A stretch of DNA of 64,000 bases. It comes from an uncultured Chloroflexia bacterium (GTDB taxonomy: Bacteria; Chloroflexota; Limnocylindria; Limnocylindrales; CSP1-4). Positions 46,908-55,497 of the stretch are shown here, piece after piece (the stretch's first letter is position 1; each line of letters begins with the position of its first letter). Location: assembly GCA_963739365.1 (NCBI GenBank), contig CAVUAG010000012.1, positions 77,921-141,920 of the forward strand. Direction: 5' to 3'. Under the pieces are notes generated by a model, which worked only from the letters and a program-made list of their open reading frames with translations, was not told the origin of the DNA and did no database searches. A program made the position numbers and the translations under genes.

Positions 46908-48215
46908 ATGAGCCTGCGGCGCTGGCTGCGCCCCGGGATCGGGGTGAAGCGCTGGCTCGGCGTCGCGTTCGTCGGGCTGATGGCCCTGGCTCTCGCCGGC
47001 GCGCTGGCCCTCCGGCAGCTCTACCGCGAGGTCGATGTCGACGGCCCCGTGCAGGCCCTCATCTACGTCCTCACCCTCCAGTTCCTGCCCTACTGGATGC
47101 GGGCGGCCGTGCTCCTGGGACTGGGCGCCGTCCTCTTCGGGTACGGATCCTACCGGGTCGTCCGGGCGCTCCTGAGGCCGTTCACGGAGAGCGCCGAGGA
47201 GCCTCTCGTGGACCTCGTCTTCCGGCGCCGCCTCCTGGCCCGGGGCCCCCGCATCGTGGCCATCGGTGGCGGCACCGGGCTTGCGACCCTGCTGCGCGGC
47301 CTCAAGACCCACACCGCCAACCTGACCGCGATCGTCTCGGTCGCGGACGACGGGGGCTCCACGGGACGGCTCCGGGAGCAGTTCGGGATCCCGGCCGTGG
47401 GCGACATCCGCAACTGCCTCGTCGCCATGGCCGAGACGGAGCCGGCGATGGGGGAGCTGCTCCAGTACCGCTTCGGCGACGACGAGGGGAGCCTGTCGGG
47501 CCACGCCGTCGGGAACCTGCTGATCGCCGCGATGAATGCCATCGGCGGCGGGGACTTCGAGGCGGCCGTGCGCCAGATGAACCGCGTCCTGGCCGTGCGC
47601 GGGAACGTCGTGCCGGCATCGGGGACGGCGCTGACGGTGCACGCCCGGCTGCGCGACGGGTCCGAGGTCGCCGGCCAGTCGCGCGTGGCGCGAGCGCGGG
47701 GGATCGAGCGCGTCTGGCTGGAGCCCGCCGACGTGCGCGCGAGCCGCGACGCGCTGGCCGCGATCGCCGATGCCGACCTGGTGGTGCTCGGGCCCGGCAG
47801 CCTCTACACGAGCGTGCTGGCCACGATCCTCCTGCCGGACCTGCGGGCCGCCCTGGCGACGACGCTCGCCCTGCGGGTCTACGTCGCGAACGTCGCCACC
47901 CAGGCCGGCGAGACGGAGGGCTACGACCTGGCCGACCACGTGGAGGCGCTCGCGGCGCACGGCATCGGCGACCTCGTCGACGTGGTGGTGGCCAACAGCC
48001 AGATCGCCGCCGGGCCGGACGCCGAGCTGGGACTCCCGGTGAAGCTGCGCTGGCCCCCCGCCGGCGCGTCGCGGCGGCCCCGCCTCGTCCTCGACGACGT
48101 CCTCGATCCCTCCGATCCGCACTACCACGACCCGGAGCTGCTGGCGGCGGCCCTGCTCCGGCTCTTCGGCCGCGAGGCAGGGAGCCGGCGCGGCGGGATC
48201 GCGCGGACCGCGTAG
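46908..48215 (+). CDS. yvcK: YvcK/CofD-like (UPF0052, gluconeogenesis-factor family) protein with about 112-aa N-terminal membrane extension
   Basis: ORF 46908..48215, intact. The core motifs are IVAIGGGTGLATLLRGLK, IVSVADDGGSTGRLR, GHAVGNLLIAAM and VVLGPGSLYTSVL. The N-terminus has 2-3 hydrophobic helices. Confidence 0.85.
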   Translation: MSLRRWLRPGIGVKRWLGVAFVGLMALALAGALALRQLYREVDVDGPVQALIYVLTLQFLPYWMRAAVLLGLGAVLFGYGSYRVVRALLRPFTESAEEPLVDLVFRRRLLARGPRIVAIGGGTGLATLLRGLKTHTANLTAIVSVADDGGSTGRLREQFGIPAVGDIRNCLVAMAETEPAMGELLQYRFGDDEGSLSGHAVGNLLIAAMNAIGGGDFEAAVRQMNRVLAVRGNVVPASGTALTVHARLRDGSEVAGQSRVARARGIERVWLEPADVRASRDALAAIADADLVVLGPGSLYTSVLATILLPDLRAALATTLALRVYVANVATQAGETEGYDLADHVEALAAHGIGDLVDVVVANSQIAAGPDAELGLPVKLRWPPAGASRRPRLVLDDVLDPSDPHYHDPELLAAALLRLFGREAGSRRGGIARTA

Positions 48216-48218
48216 CCT

Positions 48219-49064
48219 GTGGCCGACGGGGACCGGGCCCTCGTTGCGGCGCTGCGCGCCGAGCTGGCGGCGATCGAGCCGAGCCGGCTCTGCGACCGGG
48301 CGGCCGAGGTCGCCGGCCTGGGCACGGGCGCCATCAGGGGCGACCGTCCCGCCCTGGGCAGGCTCATGGTGCGACTCCTCAGGGACGGTGTGACTGCGCC
48401 CGGCCCGTTCGCCTGGGAGAGTGCGGCCGACCACTGCCGCGCCGCCTGGCTGCGCGGCAGGTTCCTCGCCCGGGGTTCTCTCTCGGTGGCCCACGGGCGG
48501 CTCCACCTGGAGTTCGTCGTCGCGCCCGAGGAATCCGTCCAGCTTGGTGCCCGGCTCGCCTCGGTCGGTCTCCCGGCGGGCATCCGGATCCGGCGCGGAC
48601 GCGGCGTCGTGACCTGGAAGGGCGCCGACGAGATCGGGACCTTCCTGCGCTGGGTTGGCGCGGGGTCCTCGCTCCTCGAGCTCGAGTCGCGCCAGGTGGG
48701 CCGGGCCGTCCGGGGTGACCTCAACCGGCTGCTCAACGCCGAATCCGCGAACCTGGAGCGGGTAGCGGCCGCCTCCGCGCGTCAGCTGGAGGCCATCGCC
48801 GCGCTCGATGCCGACGGCCGCCTCGCCTCGATGCCCGCCCAGGTGCGCGAGGTGGCGGCTGCGCGACGTGCGATCCCGGAGGCGTCCCTCGCGGAGCTGG
48901 CCGCCGAGCTGGCGATCCCGCGTGGCCGGGTCCAGCGCGCCCTCGAGCGAATCGAGTCGGCCGCCCTGCACGGCGACGATGGCGTCCCGGATCCGGCTGC
49001 CGGCGATCCCCGCGCATCGCGGGCCGAACGGCACGGACACGACGGGCCGGCCGCATCGGTCTGA
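48219..49064 (+). CDS. whiA: WhiA-like DNA-binding protein
   Basis: ORF 48219..49064 (GTG start). It sits in the conserved position after rapZ-yvcK. It has a LAGLIDADG-like core (AAWLRGRFLARGSL...HLEF) and a C-terminal helix-turn-helix (ASLAELAAELAIPRGRVQRALERIE). Confidence 0.8.
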   Translation: MADGDRALVAALRAELAAIEPSRLCDRAAEVAGLGTGAIRGDRPALGRLMVRLLRDGVTAPGPFAWESAADHCRAAWLRGRFLARGSLSVAHGRLHLEFVVAPEESVQLGARLASVGLPAGIRIRRGRGVVTWKGADEIGTFLRWVGAGSSLLELESRQVGRAVRGDLNRLLNAESANLERVAAASARQLEAIAALDADGRLASMPAQVREVAAARRAIPEASLAELAAELAIPRGRVQRALERIESAALHGDDGVPDPAAGDPRASRAERHGHDGPAASV

Positions 49065-49092
49065 CGCAGGCCCGGCGTGGCATCATCGCGGC

Positions 49093-49881
49093 ATGAGACC
49101 TCTGATCATTGCCGCCAACTGGAAGATGAACACCACGCCCGCCGACGCCGGCGAGCTCGCCCGCACGATCGCTGGGCGGACGCGCGAGCCGGACGTCACC
49201 CGGGTCATCTGCCCGCCGTCGGTCTGCCTCGCAGCCGTCCGCGACGCCGTCGCGGGGGAGGGGATCGGCGTCGGAGCCCAGAACCTCCACCACGAGCTTG
49301 CCGGGGCCTACACCGGCGAAATCAGCGCACCGATGCTGGCCGGGCTCGTCACCTGGGTCATCCTCGGCCACTCGGAGCGCCGCCGGGATGCCGGCGAGAC
49401 GGACGCCCTGATCGGCCGGAAGCTCGGCCGGGCGGTCGAGGCCGGGTTCCGGCCCATCCTCTGTGTTGGCGAGCTGCTCGCCGACCGGGAGGCCGGCCGC
49501 GCCACCGACGTGGTCCGGACTCAGCTGGCTGGCGCCCTCGCCGGCCACGACCCGGCGGCGCTGCGCGGCGCGGGCCTCGTGATCGCCTACGAGCCGGTCT
49601 GGGCCATCGGGACGGGGCGCACGGCGTCCGGCGCCGATGCCGGGGCGATGGCGGACGCGATCCGCTCGGCCCTGCGCGACGCTGGGTGGGGGAGTGCCGC
49701 GGACGAGGTCCCGGTTCTCTACGGCGGCAGCGCCACGAGCGCCAACATCGCCGAGTTCCTGGCCGAGCCGGGCATCGACGGCGCGCTGGTCGGCGGCGCT
49801 TCGCTCAAGCCGGACGAGATGGCCGGGATGGTCGGTCGTGCCGCCATCACGGCTGCTGCCCGCCGCGCCGCTGGCGGCTGA
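49093..49881 (+). CDS. tpiA: triosephosphate isomerase
   Basis: ATG 49093 lies in ORF 48808..49881. Motifs seen: [29 protein letters not shown] and LYGGS. Confidence 0.92.
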   Translation: MRPLIIAANWKMNTTPADAGELARTIAGRTREPDVTRVICPPSVCLAAVRDAVAGEGIGVGAQNLHHELAGAYTGEISAPMLAGLVTWVILGHSERRRDAGETDALIGRKLGRAVEAGFRPILCVGELLADREAGRATDVVRTQLAGALAGHDPAALRGAGLVIAYEPVWAIGTGRTASGADAGAMADAIRSALRDAGWGSAADEVPVLYGGSATSANIAEFLAEPGIDGALVGGASLKPDEMAGMVGRAAITAAARRAAGG

Positions 49882-49922
49882 CCCGCGGCGCGTTCGCCGA
49901 CACTCGCTGCAGGAGCCGCACG

Positions 49923-50675
49923 ATGCCCACCCTCGTCCTCCTCCGCCACGGCGAGAGCACGTGGAACAAGGAGAACCGCTTCACCGGCTGGACGGACGTC
50001 GACCTCTCGGAGACGGGTGTCGTCGAGGCCCACGAGGCCGGGCGCCTTCTCCGCGCCGAGGGCTTCACCTTCGACATCGCCTACACGTCGGTCCTGCGGC
50101 GGGCGATCCGGACGCTCTGGATCTGCCTCGAGGAGATGGACCAGATGTGGCTGCCCACCGTGGGCACGTGGCGCCTCAATGAGCGTCACTACGGCGCCCT
50201 TCAGGGTCTCAACAAGGCCGAGATGGCCGAGAAGTTCGGCGACGAGCAGGTCAGGATCTGGCGCCGCAGCTACGACGTTCCACCGCCTGCGCTCACCGAG
50301 GACGACGAGCGCTTCCCGGGGCGCGACCCGCGCTATGCCGGCCTCGCAGACGCCGACATCCCGCGCTGCGAGTCGCTCAAGGACACGGTGGCCCGCTTCC
50401 TGCCCTTCTGGCACGAAACCATCGCGCCGTCGCTCCGGGACGGCAGCCGCGTCCTCGTGGCGGCCCATGGGAACAGCATCCGGGCCATCGTGAAGTACCT
50501 TGACGACGTCTCGGATGCCGACATCGTGGGCCTCAACATCCCGACCGGCGTGCCGCTCGTCTACGAGCTCGACGACAACCTCCGCCCGCTCGGCCACCGG
50601 TACCTCGGGGACGCCGAGCAGGTCGCCGCCGCGGCGGCCGCGGTCGCGGCCCAGGGGAGCGCCAGGCCTGCCTGA
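49923..50675 (+). CDS. gpmA: 2,3-bisphosphoglycerate-dependent phosphoglycerate mutase
   Basis: ATG 49923 lies in ORF 49077..50675, with AGGAG 7 nt upstream. Motifs seen: [39 protein letters not shown] and AAHGNSIRA. Confidence 0.92.
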   Translation: MPTLVLLRHGESTWNKENRFTGWTDVDLSETGVVEAHEAGRLLRAEGFTFDIAYTSVLRRAIRTLWICLEEMDQMWLPTVGTWRLNERHYGALQGLNKAEMAEKFGDEQVRIWRRSYDVPPPALTEDDERFPGRDPRYAGLADADIPRCESLKDTVARFLPFWHETIAPSLRDGSRVLVAAHGNSIRAIVKYLDDVSDADIVGLNIPTGVPLVYELDDNLRPLGHRYLGDAEQVAAAAAAVAAQGSARPA

Positions 50676-50732
50676 CGCCCCGCATCTTCGATGGGCGCGC
50701 CGGCCGTCCGCCTGGGGTGATCCGGCGCCATG

Positions 50733-50741
50733 TGCTACGAT
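50733..50741 (+). promoter_or_regulatory. extended -10 element (TGcTACGAT) upstream of secG
   Basis: tgctacgat lies at 50733-50741. GAGGA at 50762-50766 and GTG 50777 follow at normal spacing. Confidence 0.3.
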
Positions 50742-50776
50742 CCCGCGCGGCCCACCACTACGAGGATCCCGGCAGA

Positions 50777-51007
50777 GTGAACCCGCTCCTGGCCATCGGC
50801 CAGATCATCGTCAGCATCGCCCTCATGACCGCGATCCTCATGCAGGCGCGCGGGACCGGCCTGTCCGGCGCCTTCGGCGGCGATTCCGCGGTCTACCGCA
50901 GCCGGCGCGGCATCGAGCGACGACTGTGGCAGTTCACGATCGTGCTTGCGGTCCTCTTCGCGGTCTTCTCGCTGGCGAGCTATCTCTTCGCGCCCGCGGG
51001 GTCCTGA
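50777..51007 (+). CDS. secG: preprotein translocase subunit SecG
   Basis: GTG 50777 lies inside ORF 50717..51007. It is a two-TM protein of 76 aa with the LMQARGTGLSGAFGG motif, and it follows tpiA/gpmA as in the conserved tpiA-secG arrangement. Confidence 0.75.
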   Translation: MNPLLAIGQIIVSIALMTAILMQARGTGLSGAFGGDSAVYRSRRGIERRLWQFTIVLAVLFAVFSLASYLFAPAGS

Positions 51008-51075
51008 GCTGGCCGACAACAGCCGTGGCGCACGCGTGGTGAGCCGGCGCGACAGCTGGCGTCGCCTTCGCGCTC

Positions 51076-52728
51076 GTGGCCGTCCTGGCCCTCCTCGCGG
51101 TGGCGGTCGCGATGCCGGCGTTCCAGCCCGCTGCGGCGTCTGCCCCGGCACCCACGGCAACCCCCGAGCTTGGTCACGTGCAGGGCGTCCTCGGCCGCCC
51201 CTCTTCGATCACGCCGCTGACGGCCCGAACGCAGGCGGACCGCGACCTGGTGGCGCTCCTGTTCCGCGGCCTCGTCCGGCTCGGTCCCGGCAACGCGATC
51301 CTGCCGGACCTCGCTGAGCGGTGGACGGTGAGCGAGAAGGGTGCTCGCTGGACGTTCCACCTGCGGCGGGACGCGATCTGGCACGACGGCGTGCCGGTGA
51401 CGAGCCGCGACGTCGTGTACACCGTGGACGTCCTCCACCACCCGGACTACGCCGGGCCGATGGCCTCTGCCTGGGCCGAGATCCAGGCGACGGCGATCGA
51501 CGAGCGCACCGTTCAGTTCGACCTCGCCGATCCCGTCGGCGGGTTCCTGCAGGCCGCCGTGCTCCCGCTCCTGCCCGCCCACATCCTTGCCGGCGTGCCC
51601 GTCGCAGCCCTGGCCGATGACCCGTTCGCGCGCGAACCCCTCGGCAATGGGGCGTTCGCCCTCGTCGAGATGACCGCGGACCGGGCCGTCCTGGAGCCGG
51701 TGCTGCCGCAGGTGAAGGGGGGGATCGCTGCGCTCGACAACCCCGTCACCGGCGAGATCGCGACCAGGATTCCGCGCCTGCCCCGGCTGGAGCTCCGCTT
51801 CTACGATGCTCCGGCTGATCTCGCCGCGGCCTTCGCCGCCGGGGAGGTTGCCAGCGTGGGGGACCTTCCGCCGGCCGCCGCAGTCACTCTCGCGACGTCG
51901 ACACCGGACGCGCGCGTCATTCGCTACCCGTCGACGACCCTGACGGCCCTCGCCTTCAACCTGCGGGCGCTGGGCGGTCCGTTCGCGGATGCGCGAACGC
52001 GACGCGCCCTCGTGGCCGCGATCGATCGGGCGGACCTCGTCACCGACATCCTGGGCGGTGCCGGCAGCCTATCGGCGACCCCCATCCCGCCTTCCTCGTG
52101 GGCGTTCGACGCGAAGGCCGCCCCGGAGATCGCCTACGACCGGGGCGCTGCATCCAAGGGACTCCGTGAGGCCGGCTGGCGACGCGTCGACAAGGCGTGG
52201 ATCCCGCCCCGCGCGTCGAAGCCGCTGAAGGTCACCATCCTCGCCCCGGAGGCGTCTGCGAACGCGATCGCCCACAACGCGGCGACCCGCGTCGCCGCTG
52301 CATGGACATCGCTCGGCCTGGCGACCACGGTCGAGGCACTTCCACCCGGCGAGCTCGTGGCGCGGCTCAGCGCGGCCGACTTCACGGTAGGGGTCATCGA
52401 CGTCAACATGGGCCTGGACCCGGATCCCTATCCCATCCTCGCGTCCAGCCAGGCCCGCGCCGGCGGCGCGAACGTCTCCGGGATCCAGGACGCCGCGCTG
52501 GACAAGGCGCTCGTGGCGGCCCGAGCTCCCAGCACCATGGCGAAGCGCGTGAAGGCCTATGCGGCCCTCCAGACGCTGCTCGCGACGCTCCAGCCGATGC
52601 CGACGCTCTTCTTCCGCGACACCGTGTTCGTGGTCGGTGGGGACCTGGCCGGGCCCGCCGCGCGGCCCCTGGCCGATCCGGGCGGCCGCTTCTGGGACGT
52701 GGTACGATGGACGACCGTCGGGCGGTGA
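51076..52728 (+). CDS. ABC transporter substrate-binding protein, family 5 (peptide/nickel type); N-terminus uncertain
   Basis: ORF 51076..52728 (550 aa). LFRGLVRLGPGNAILPDLAERWTVSEKGARWTFHLRRDAIWHDGVPVTSRDVVYT is typical of SBP_bac_5. A basic N-terminal stretch in another frame just upstream hints at a further indel near 51060. No permease or ATPase genes follow. Confidence 0.78.
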   Translation: MAVLALLAVAVAMPAFQPAAASAPAPTATPELGHVQGVLGRPSSITPLTARTQADRDLVALLFRGLVRLGPGNAILPDLAERWTVSEKGARWTFHLRRDAIWHDGVPVTSRDVVYTVDVLHHPDYAGPMASAWAEIQATAIDERTVQFDLADPVGGFLQAAVLPLLPAHILAGVPVAALADDPFAREPLGNGAFALVEMTADRAVLEPVLPQVKGGIAALDNPVTGEIATRIPRLPRLELRFYDAPADLAAAFAAGEVASVGDLPPAAAVTLATSTPDARVIRYPSTTLTALAFNLRALGGPFADARTRRALVAAIDRADLVTDILGGAGSLSATPIPPSSWAFDAKAAPEIAYDRGAASKGLREAGWRRVDKAWIPPRASKPLKVTILAPEASANAIAHNAATRVAAAWTSLGLATTVEALPPGELVARLSAADFTVGVIDVNMGLDPDPYPILASSQARAGGANVSGIQDAALDKALVAARAPSTMAKRVKAYAALQTLLATLQPMPTLFFRDTVFVVGGDLAGPAARPLADPGGRFWDVVRWTTVGR

Positions 52729-52756
52729 CCCTCTCCGCTCGGTTTCGTTGACCCCT

Positions 52757-52843
52757 GCCGAGGTGGCGGAACTGGTAGACGCGCTAGCTTCAGGAGCTAG
52801 TGTCCGCAAGGGCGTATGGGTTCAAATCCCTTCCTCGGTACCA
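52757..52843 (+). tRNA. tRNA-Leu (anticodon CAG)
   Basis: Hand-folded cloverleaf. The acceptor is GCCGAGG/CCTCGGT. The anticodon stem is CTAGC/GCTAG with loop TTCAGGA. It has a long variable arm and a T-loop TTCAAAT. CCA is encoded. There is one T-stem mismatch. Confidence 0.85.
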
Positions 52844-52869
52844 TCGCGTCGGCGGGAGACGCAGCACCT

Positions 52870-52954
52870 GCCCAGGTGGCGGAATTGGTATACGCGTACG
52901 TTTGAGGGGCGTATGAGGCAACTCATCCGGGTTCAAGTCCCGGCCTGGGCACCA
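52870..52954 (+). tRNA. tRNA-Leu (anticodon GAG)
   Basis: The acceptor is GCCCAGG/CCTGGGC. The anticodon stem is TACGT/GCGTA with loop TTGAGGG. It has a long variable arm and a T arm CCGGG-TTCAAGT-CCCGG. CCA is encoded. Confidence 0.9.
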
Positions 52955-53028
52955 CAGTCGCGTACCGGGATGGGGCGGCTCCGCATGGAGCCGCCTTTCG
53001 TGTCTCCGGGACGGAGGCGCGGCTCCGG

Positions 53029-53105
53029 GGGCGGTTAGCTCAGTCGGTCAGAGCGCCTCGCTTACACCGAGGAGGCCGGAGGTTCGAGCCCTCCACCGCC
53101 CACCA
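53029..53105 (+). tRNA. tRNA-Val (anticodon TAC)
   Basis: The acceptor is GGGCGGT/ACCGCCC and the D arm is GCTC-AGTCGGTCA-GAGC. The anticodon stem is CCTCG/CGAGG with loop CTTACAC. The T arm is GGAGG-TTCGAGC-CCTCC. CCA is encoded. Confidence 0.9.
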
Positions 53106-53171
53106 CTCGTCGAAACGTCGCGTACACTCGCCGGGGCGGCCCTCGCCGCCGGTCCGGAACCGGGAGGGATC

Positions 53172-53738
53172 ATGGAGCTCGGCGTCATCCTCCTCGTCAT
53201 CGTCGTCGTCATCGCCGTGGTCGGCGTGCTCATCTACAACGGGCTCGTGACGAAGCGGAACCGGGTCGACGAGGCGGTCGGCCAGATCGAGGTGCAGCTC
53301 AAGCGGCGCCACGATCTCGTCCCGAACCTCGTGGCCGCGGTCAAGGACTACATGGGCTTCGAGCAGGAAGTCCTGACCCGGGTCACCGAGGCCCGCGCCA
53401 ACGCCGTCGCTGCGGGCGCCCAGGGAACCGTCACCCAGCAGCAGGTGCAGGCGGAGAACGCCTTGAGCGGCGCGCTGCGCTCGTTGTTCGCCGTGGCGGA
53501 GAACTATCCCGTGCTGAAGGCGAACGAGAATGTCCTCGCCCTGCAGGAGCAGCTGACCACGACGGAGAACCAGATCAGCTTCTCGCGCCAGCACTACAAC
53601 GCCACCGTCAACGAATACAACACGACGATCCAGACCATCCCCTCGGTCCTCGTCGCCGGACCCCTGGGATTCACGAAGCGCGAGTTCTTCGACGCGGAGC
53701 CCGAGGCCGACCAGGTCCCGGTCGTCGCACTGCGCTGA
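53172..53738 (+). CDS. lemA: LemA family membrane protein
   Basis: ORF 53172..53738. It has an N-terminal TM helix, then YNGLVTKRNRVDEAVGQIEVQLKRRHDLVPNLV...AENYPVLKANENVLALQEQL...RQHYNATVNEYNT, the LemA pattern. GGGAGGG precedes the ATG. Confidence 0.85.
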   Translation: MELGVILLVIVVVIAVVGVLIYNGLVTKRNRVDEAVGQIEVQLKRRHDLVPNLVAAVKDYMGFEQEVLTRVTEARANAVAAGAQGTVTQQQVQAENALSGALRSLFAVAENYPVLKANENVLALQEQLTTTENQISFSRQHYNATVNEYNTTIQTIPSVLVAGPLGFTKREFFDAEPEADQVPVVALR

Positions 53739-53777
53739 CGTACGTGCGGTCGGGCCCGCCCCGTCGCTGAGGTCGCG

Positions 53778-54755
53778 ATGGCCGCCTCGTTCTACAGCCA
53801 GGCTGCGGCGAACCGGCGGAAGTCGTTCCTGCTCGTGCTCGTCATCGTCGCGCTGCTGACGGTACTGGGTGCCGCGATCGGCTACGGGACGACCGGCGCC
53901 CCCGAGGGCGCGATCGGCTGGCTCGGCATCTTCGGGATCATCGCGATCGTGGCCTCGCTGGCCGGCTACTTCTCGGGCGACCGCGTCGTCCTCGCGGCAT
54001 CGAAGGCGCGCCCCGTCACCGAGGCCCAGGCGCCCCAGCTGCTGAACGTCGTCCGCGAGCTGACCCTCGCGGCGGGCTTGCCGATGCCGGCGGTCTACCT
54101 GATCGACGACACGGCGCTCAATGCGTTCGCCACCGGGCGCGACCCGGCGCACGCGTCGATCGCGGTGACGACCGGGTTGCTGGAACGCCTGGACCGGGAG
54201 GAGCTCCAGGGCGTGATCGGCCATGAGCTCTCGCACGTGCGCAACTACGACATCCGCTACGCGATGCTCGTCGGCGTCCTGGTGGGCACGATCGCCCTGG
54301 TTGCCGACGTCTTCCTGCGGATGACCTTCTGGGGCGGGATGGGTCGGCGGTCATCGTCGAGCGATCGGGGCGGAGGAGGCCTCCAGGCGATCATCCTCAT
54401 CATCGCGATCCTGCTCGCCATCCTCGCTCCCTTCTTCGGGCGGCTCGTCCAGCTGGCCGTGAGCCGCCAGCGCGAGTACCTCGCTGACGCGAGCGCGGTC
54501 GAGCTGACCCGGAACCCGATGGGGCTGCAGCGGGCACTGGCCGTTCTGGCTGACGACCGGGAGGTCCTGGAGGTGGCCAACCGGGCCACGCAGCACCTCT
54601 ACTTCCGGAACCCGATCCACAAGTTCGAGGAGCGCTCCAAGGGGCTCTTCTCCACGCACCCTCCCATCCTGGACCGGATCAACCGTCTTCGGGCGATGGC
54701 CGGCGAAGCATCGATCGTCGACAGCGACCTCCCGCAGCTCCGGGGCCTGAGCTGA
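53778..54755 (+). CDS. htpX: M48-family zinc metalloprotease HtpX
   Basis: ORF 53778..54755. It has TM helices, the HELSHV zinc motif and the downstream REYLADA glutamate. The LemA-HtpX pairing is common. Confidence 0.85.
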   Translation: MAASFYSQAAANRRKSFLLVLVIVALLTVLGAAIGYGTTGAPEGAIGWLGIFGIIAIVASLAGYFSGDRVVLAASKARPVTEAQAPQLLNVVRELTLAAGLPMPAVYLIDDTALNAFATGRDPAHASIAVTTGLLERLDREELQGVIGHELSHVRNYDIRYAMLVGVLVGTIALVADVFLRMTFWGGMGRRSSSSDRGGGGLQAIILIIAILLAILAPFFGRLVQLAVSRQREYLADASAVELTRNPMGLQRALAVLADDREVLEVANRATQHLYFRNPIHKFEERSKGLFSTHPPILDRINRLRAMAGEASIVDSDLPQLRGLS

Positions 54756-54852
54756 CGCCTGCGCCACCGGGCGGGGCGTCGTTGCGGCTCGAGGGTCCTT
54801 CGTGGTACGGTTTCGGCCGCCGACGGGCGGTGACGTCCAGCGGGGCCTACGG

Positions 54853-54928
54853 GCCGAGATAGCTCAGTTGGTAGAGCACGCGACTGAAAATCGCGGTGTC
54901 GCCAGTTCGAATCTGGCTCTCGGCACCA
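54853..54928 (+). tRNA. tRNA-Phe (anticodon GAA)
   Basis: The acceptor is GCCGAGA/TCTCGGC. The anticodon stem is CGCGA/TCGCG with loop CTGAAAA. The T arm is GCCAG-TTCGAAT-CTGGC. CCA is encoded. Confidence 0.9.
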
Positions 54929-54950
54929 TCAGCTCCGAGTGGCGCTTCGA

Positions 54951-55026
54951 GCGGAAGTGGCTCAGTTGGTAGAGCATCACCTTGCCAAGGTGAGGGTCGC
55001 GGGTTCGAGTCCCGTCTTCCGCTCCA
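54951..55026 (+). tRNA. tRNA-Gly (anticodon GCC)
   Basis: The acceptor is GCGGAAG/CTTCCGC. The anticodon stem is TCACC/GGTGA with loop TTGCCAA. The T arm is GCGGG-TTCGAGT-CCCGT. CCA is encoded. Confidence 0.9.
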
Positions 55027-55061
55027 TTCTTCTGTCTGGGACCTGCGCTGGCCCCACCCGC

Positions 55062-55135
55062 TGGCCCTTCGTCTAGTGGTAGGACAGCGGACTTTGGATC
55101 CGTTAACCGAGGTTCGAACCCTCGAGGGCCAGCCA
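55062..55135 (+). tRNA. tRNA-Gln (anticodon TTG)
   Basis: The acceptor is TGGCCCT/AGGGCCA. The anticodon stem is GCGGA/TCCGT with loop CTTTGGA. The T arm is CGAGG-TTCGAAC-CCTCG. CCA is encoded. Confidence 0.88.
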
Positions 55136-55144
55136 GCATTTCGG

Positions 55145-55221
55145 GGCGACGTGGCGAAGTGGCCTAACGCGGGGGTCTGCAAAACCCTTACTCATCGGTT
55201 CGAATCCGATCGTCGCCTCCA
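55145..55221 (+). tRNA. tRNA-Cys (anticodon GCA)
   Basis: The acceptor is GGCGACG/CGTCGCC. The anticodon stem is GGGGT/ACCCT with loop CTGCAAA. The T arm is ATCGG-TTCGAAT-CCGAT. CCA is encoded. Confidence 0.85.
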
Positions 55222-55282
55222 ACACTCCGCCGATCCGACGCCCGCCTGCGAGGCGGGCGTTACGATTCACGGGCGACACGGG

Positions 55283-55365
55283 GCCGAGGTGGCGAAAGGG
55301 CAGACGCGGCCGACTTAAAATCGGCTGGCCGAAAGGTCGTCAGGGTTCGAATCCCTGCCTCGGCA
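55283..55365 (+). tRNA. tRNA-Leu (anticodon TAA), no encoded CCA
   Basis: The acceptor is GCCGAGG/CCTCGGC. The anticodon stem is GCCGA/TCGGC with loop CTTAAAA. It has a long variable arm and a T arm CAGGG-TTCGAAT-CCCTG. The 3' continuation is ACAC, not CCA. A 9-bp hairpin (55238-55260) and a TACGAT hexamer (55261-55266) precede it. Confidence 0.85.
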
Positions 55366-55497
55366 CACCCCCGAGCTGCGTGGCCGGTCGCGGCGAGCCG
55401 GCCGGGCCGCGCGAGGCGCCCGAGCCTGCCTTCAAGGCGTGGGGCCGCTCGAACGCGATCGGTGCGGCCGGAAAGGTGAAGGCGACCGCCTGGCCCG

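Noticed and set aside
54847-55182. Minus-strand ORFs 54847..55182 and 54864..55139, and plus-strand ORF 54896..55318, over the second tRNA cluster.
   Set aside because: They overlap four well-folding tRNA genes (Phe, Gly, Gln, Cys) and have no start context or protein-like composition.
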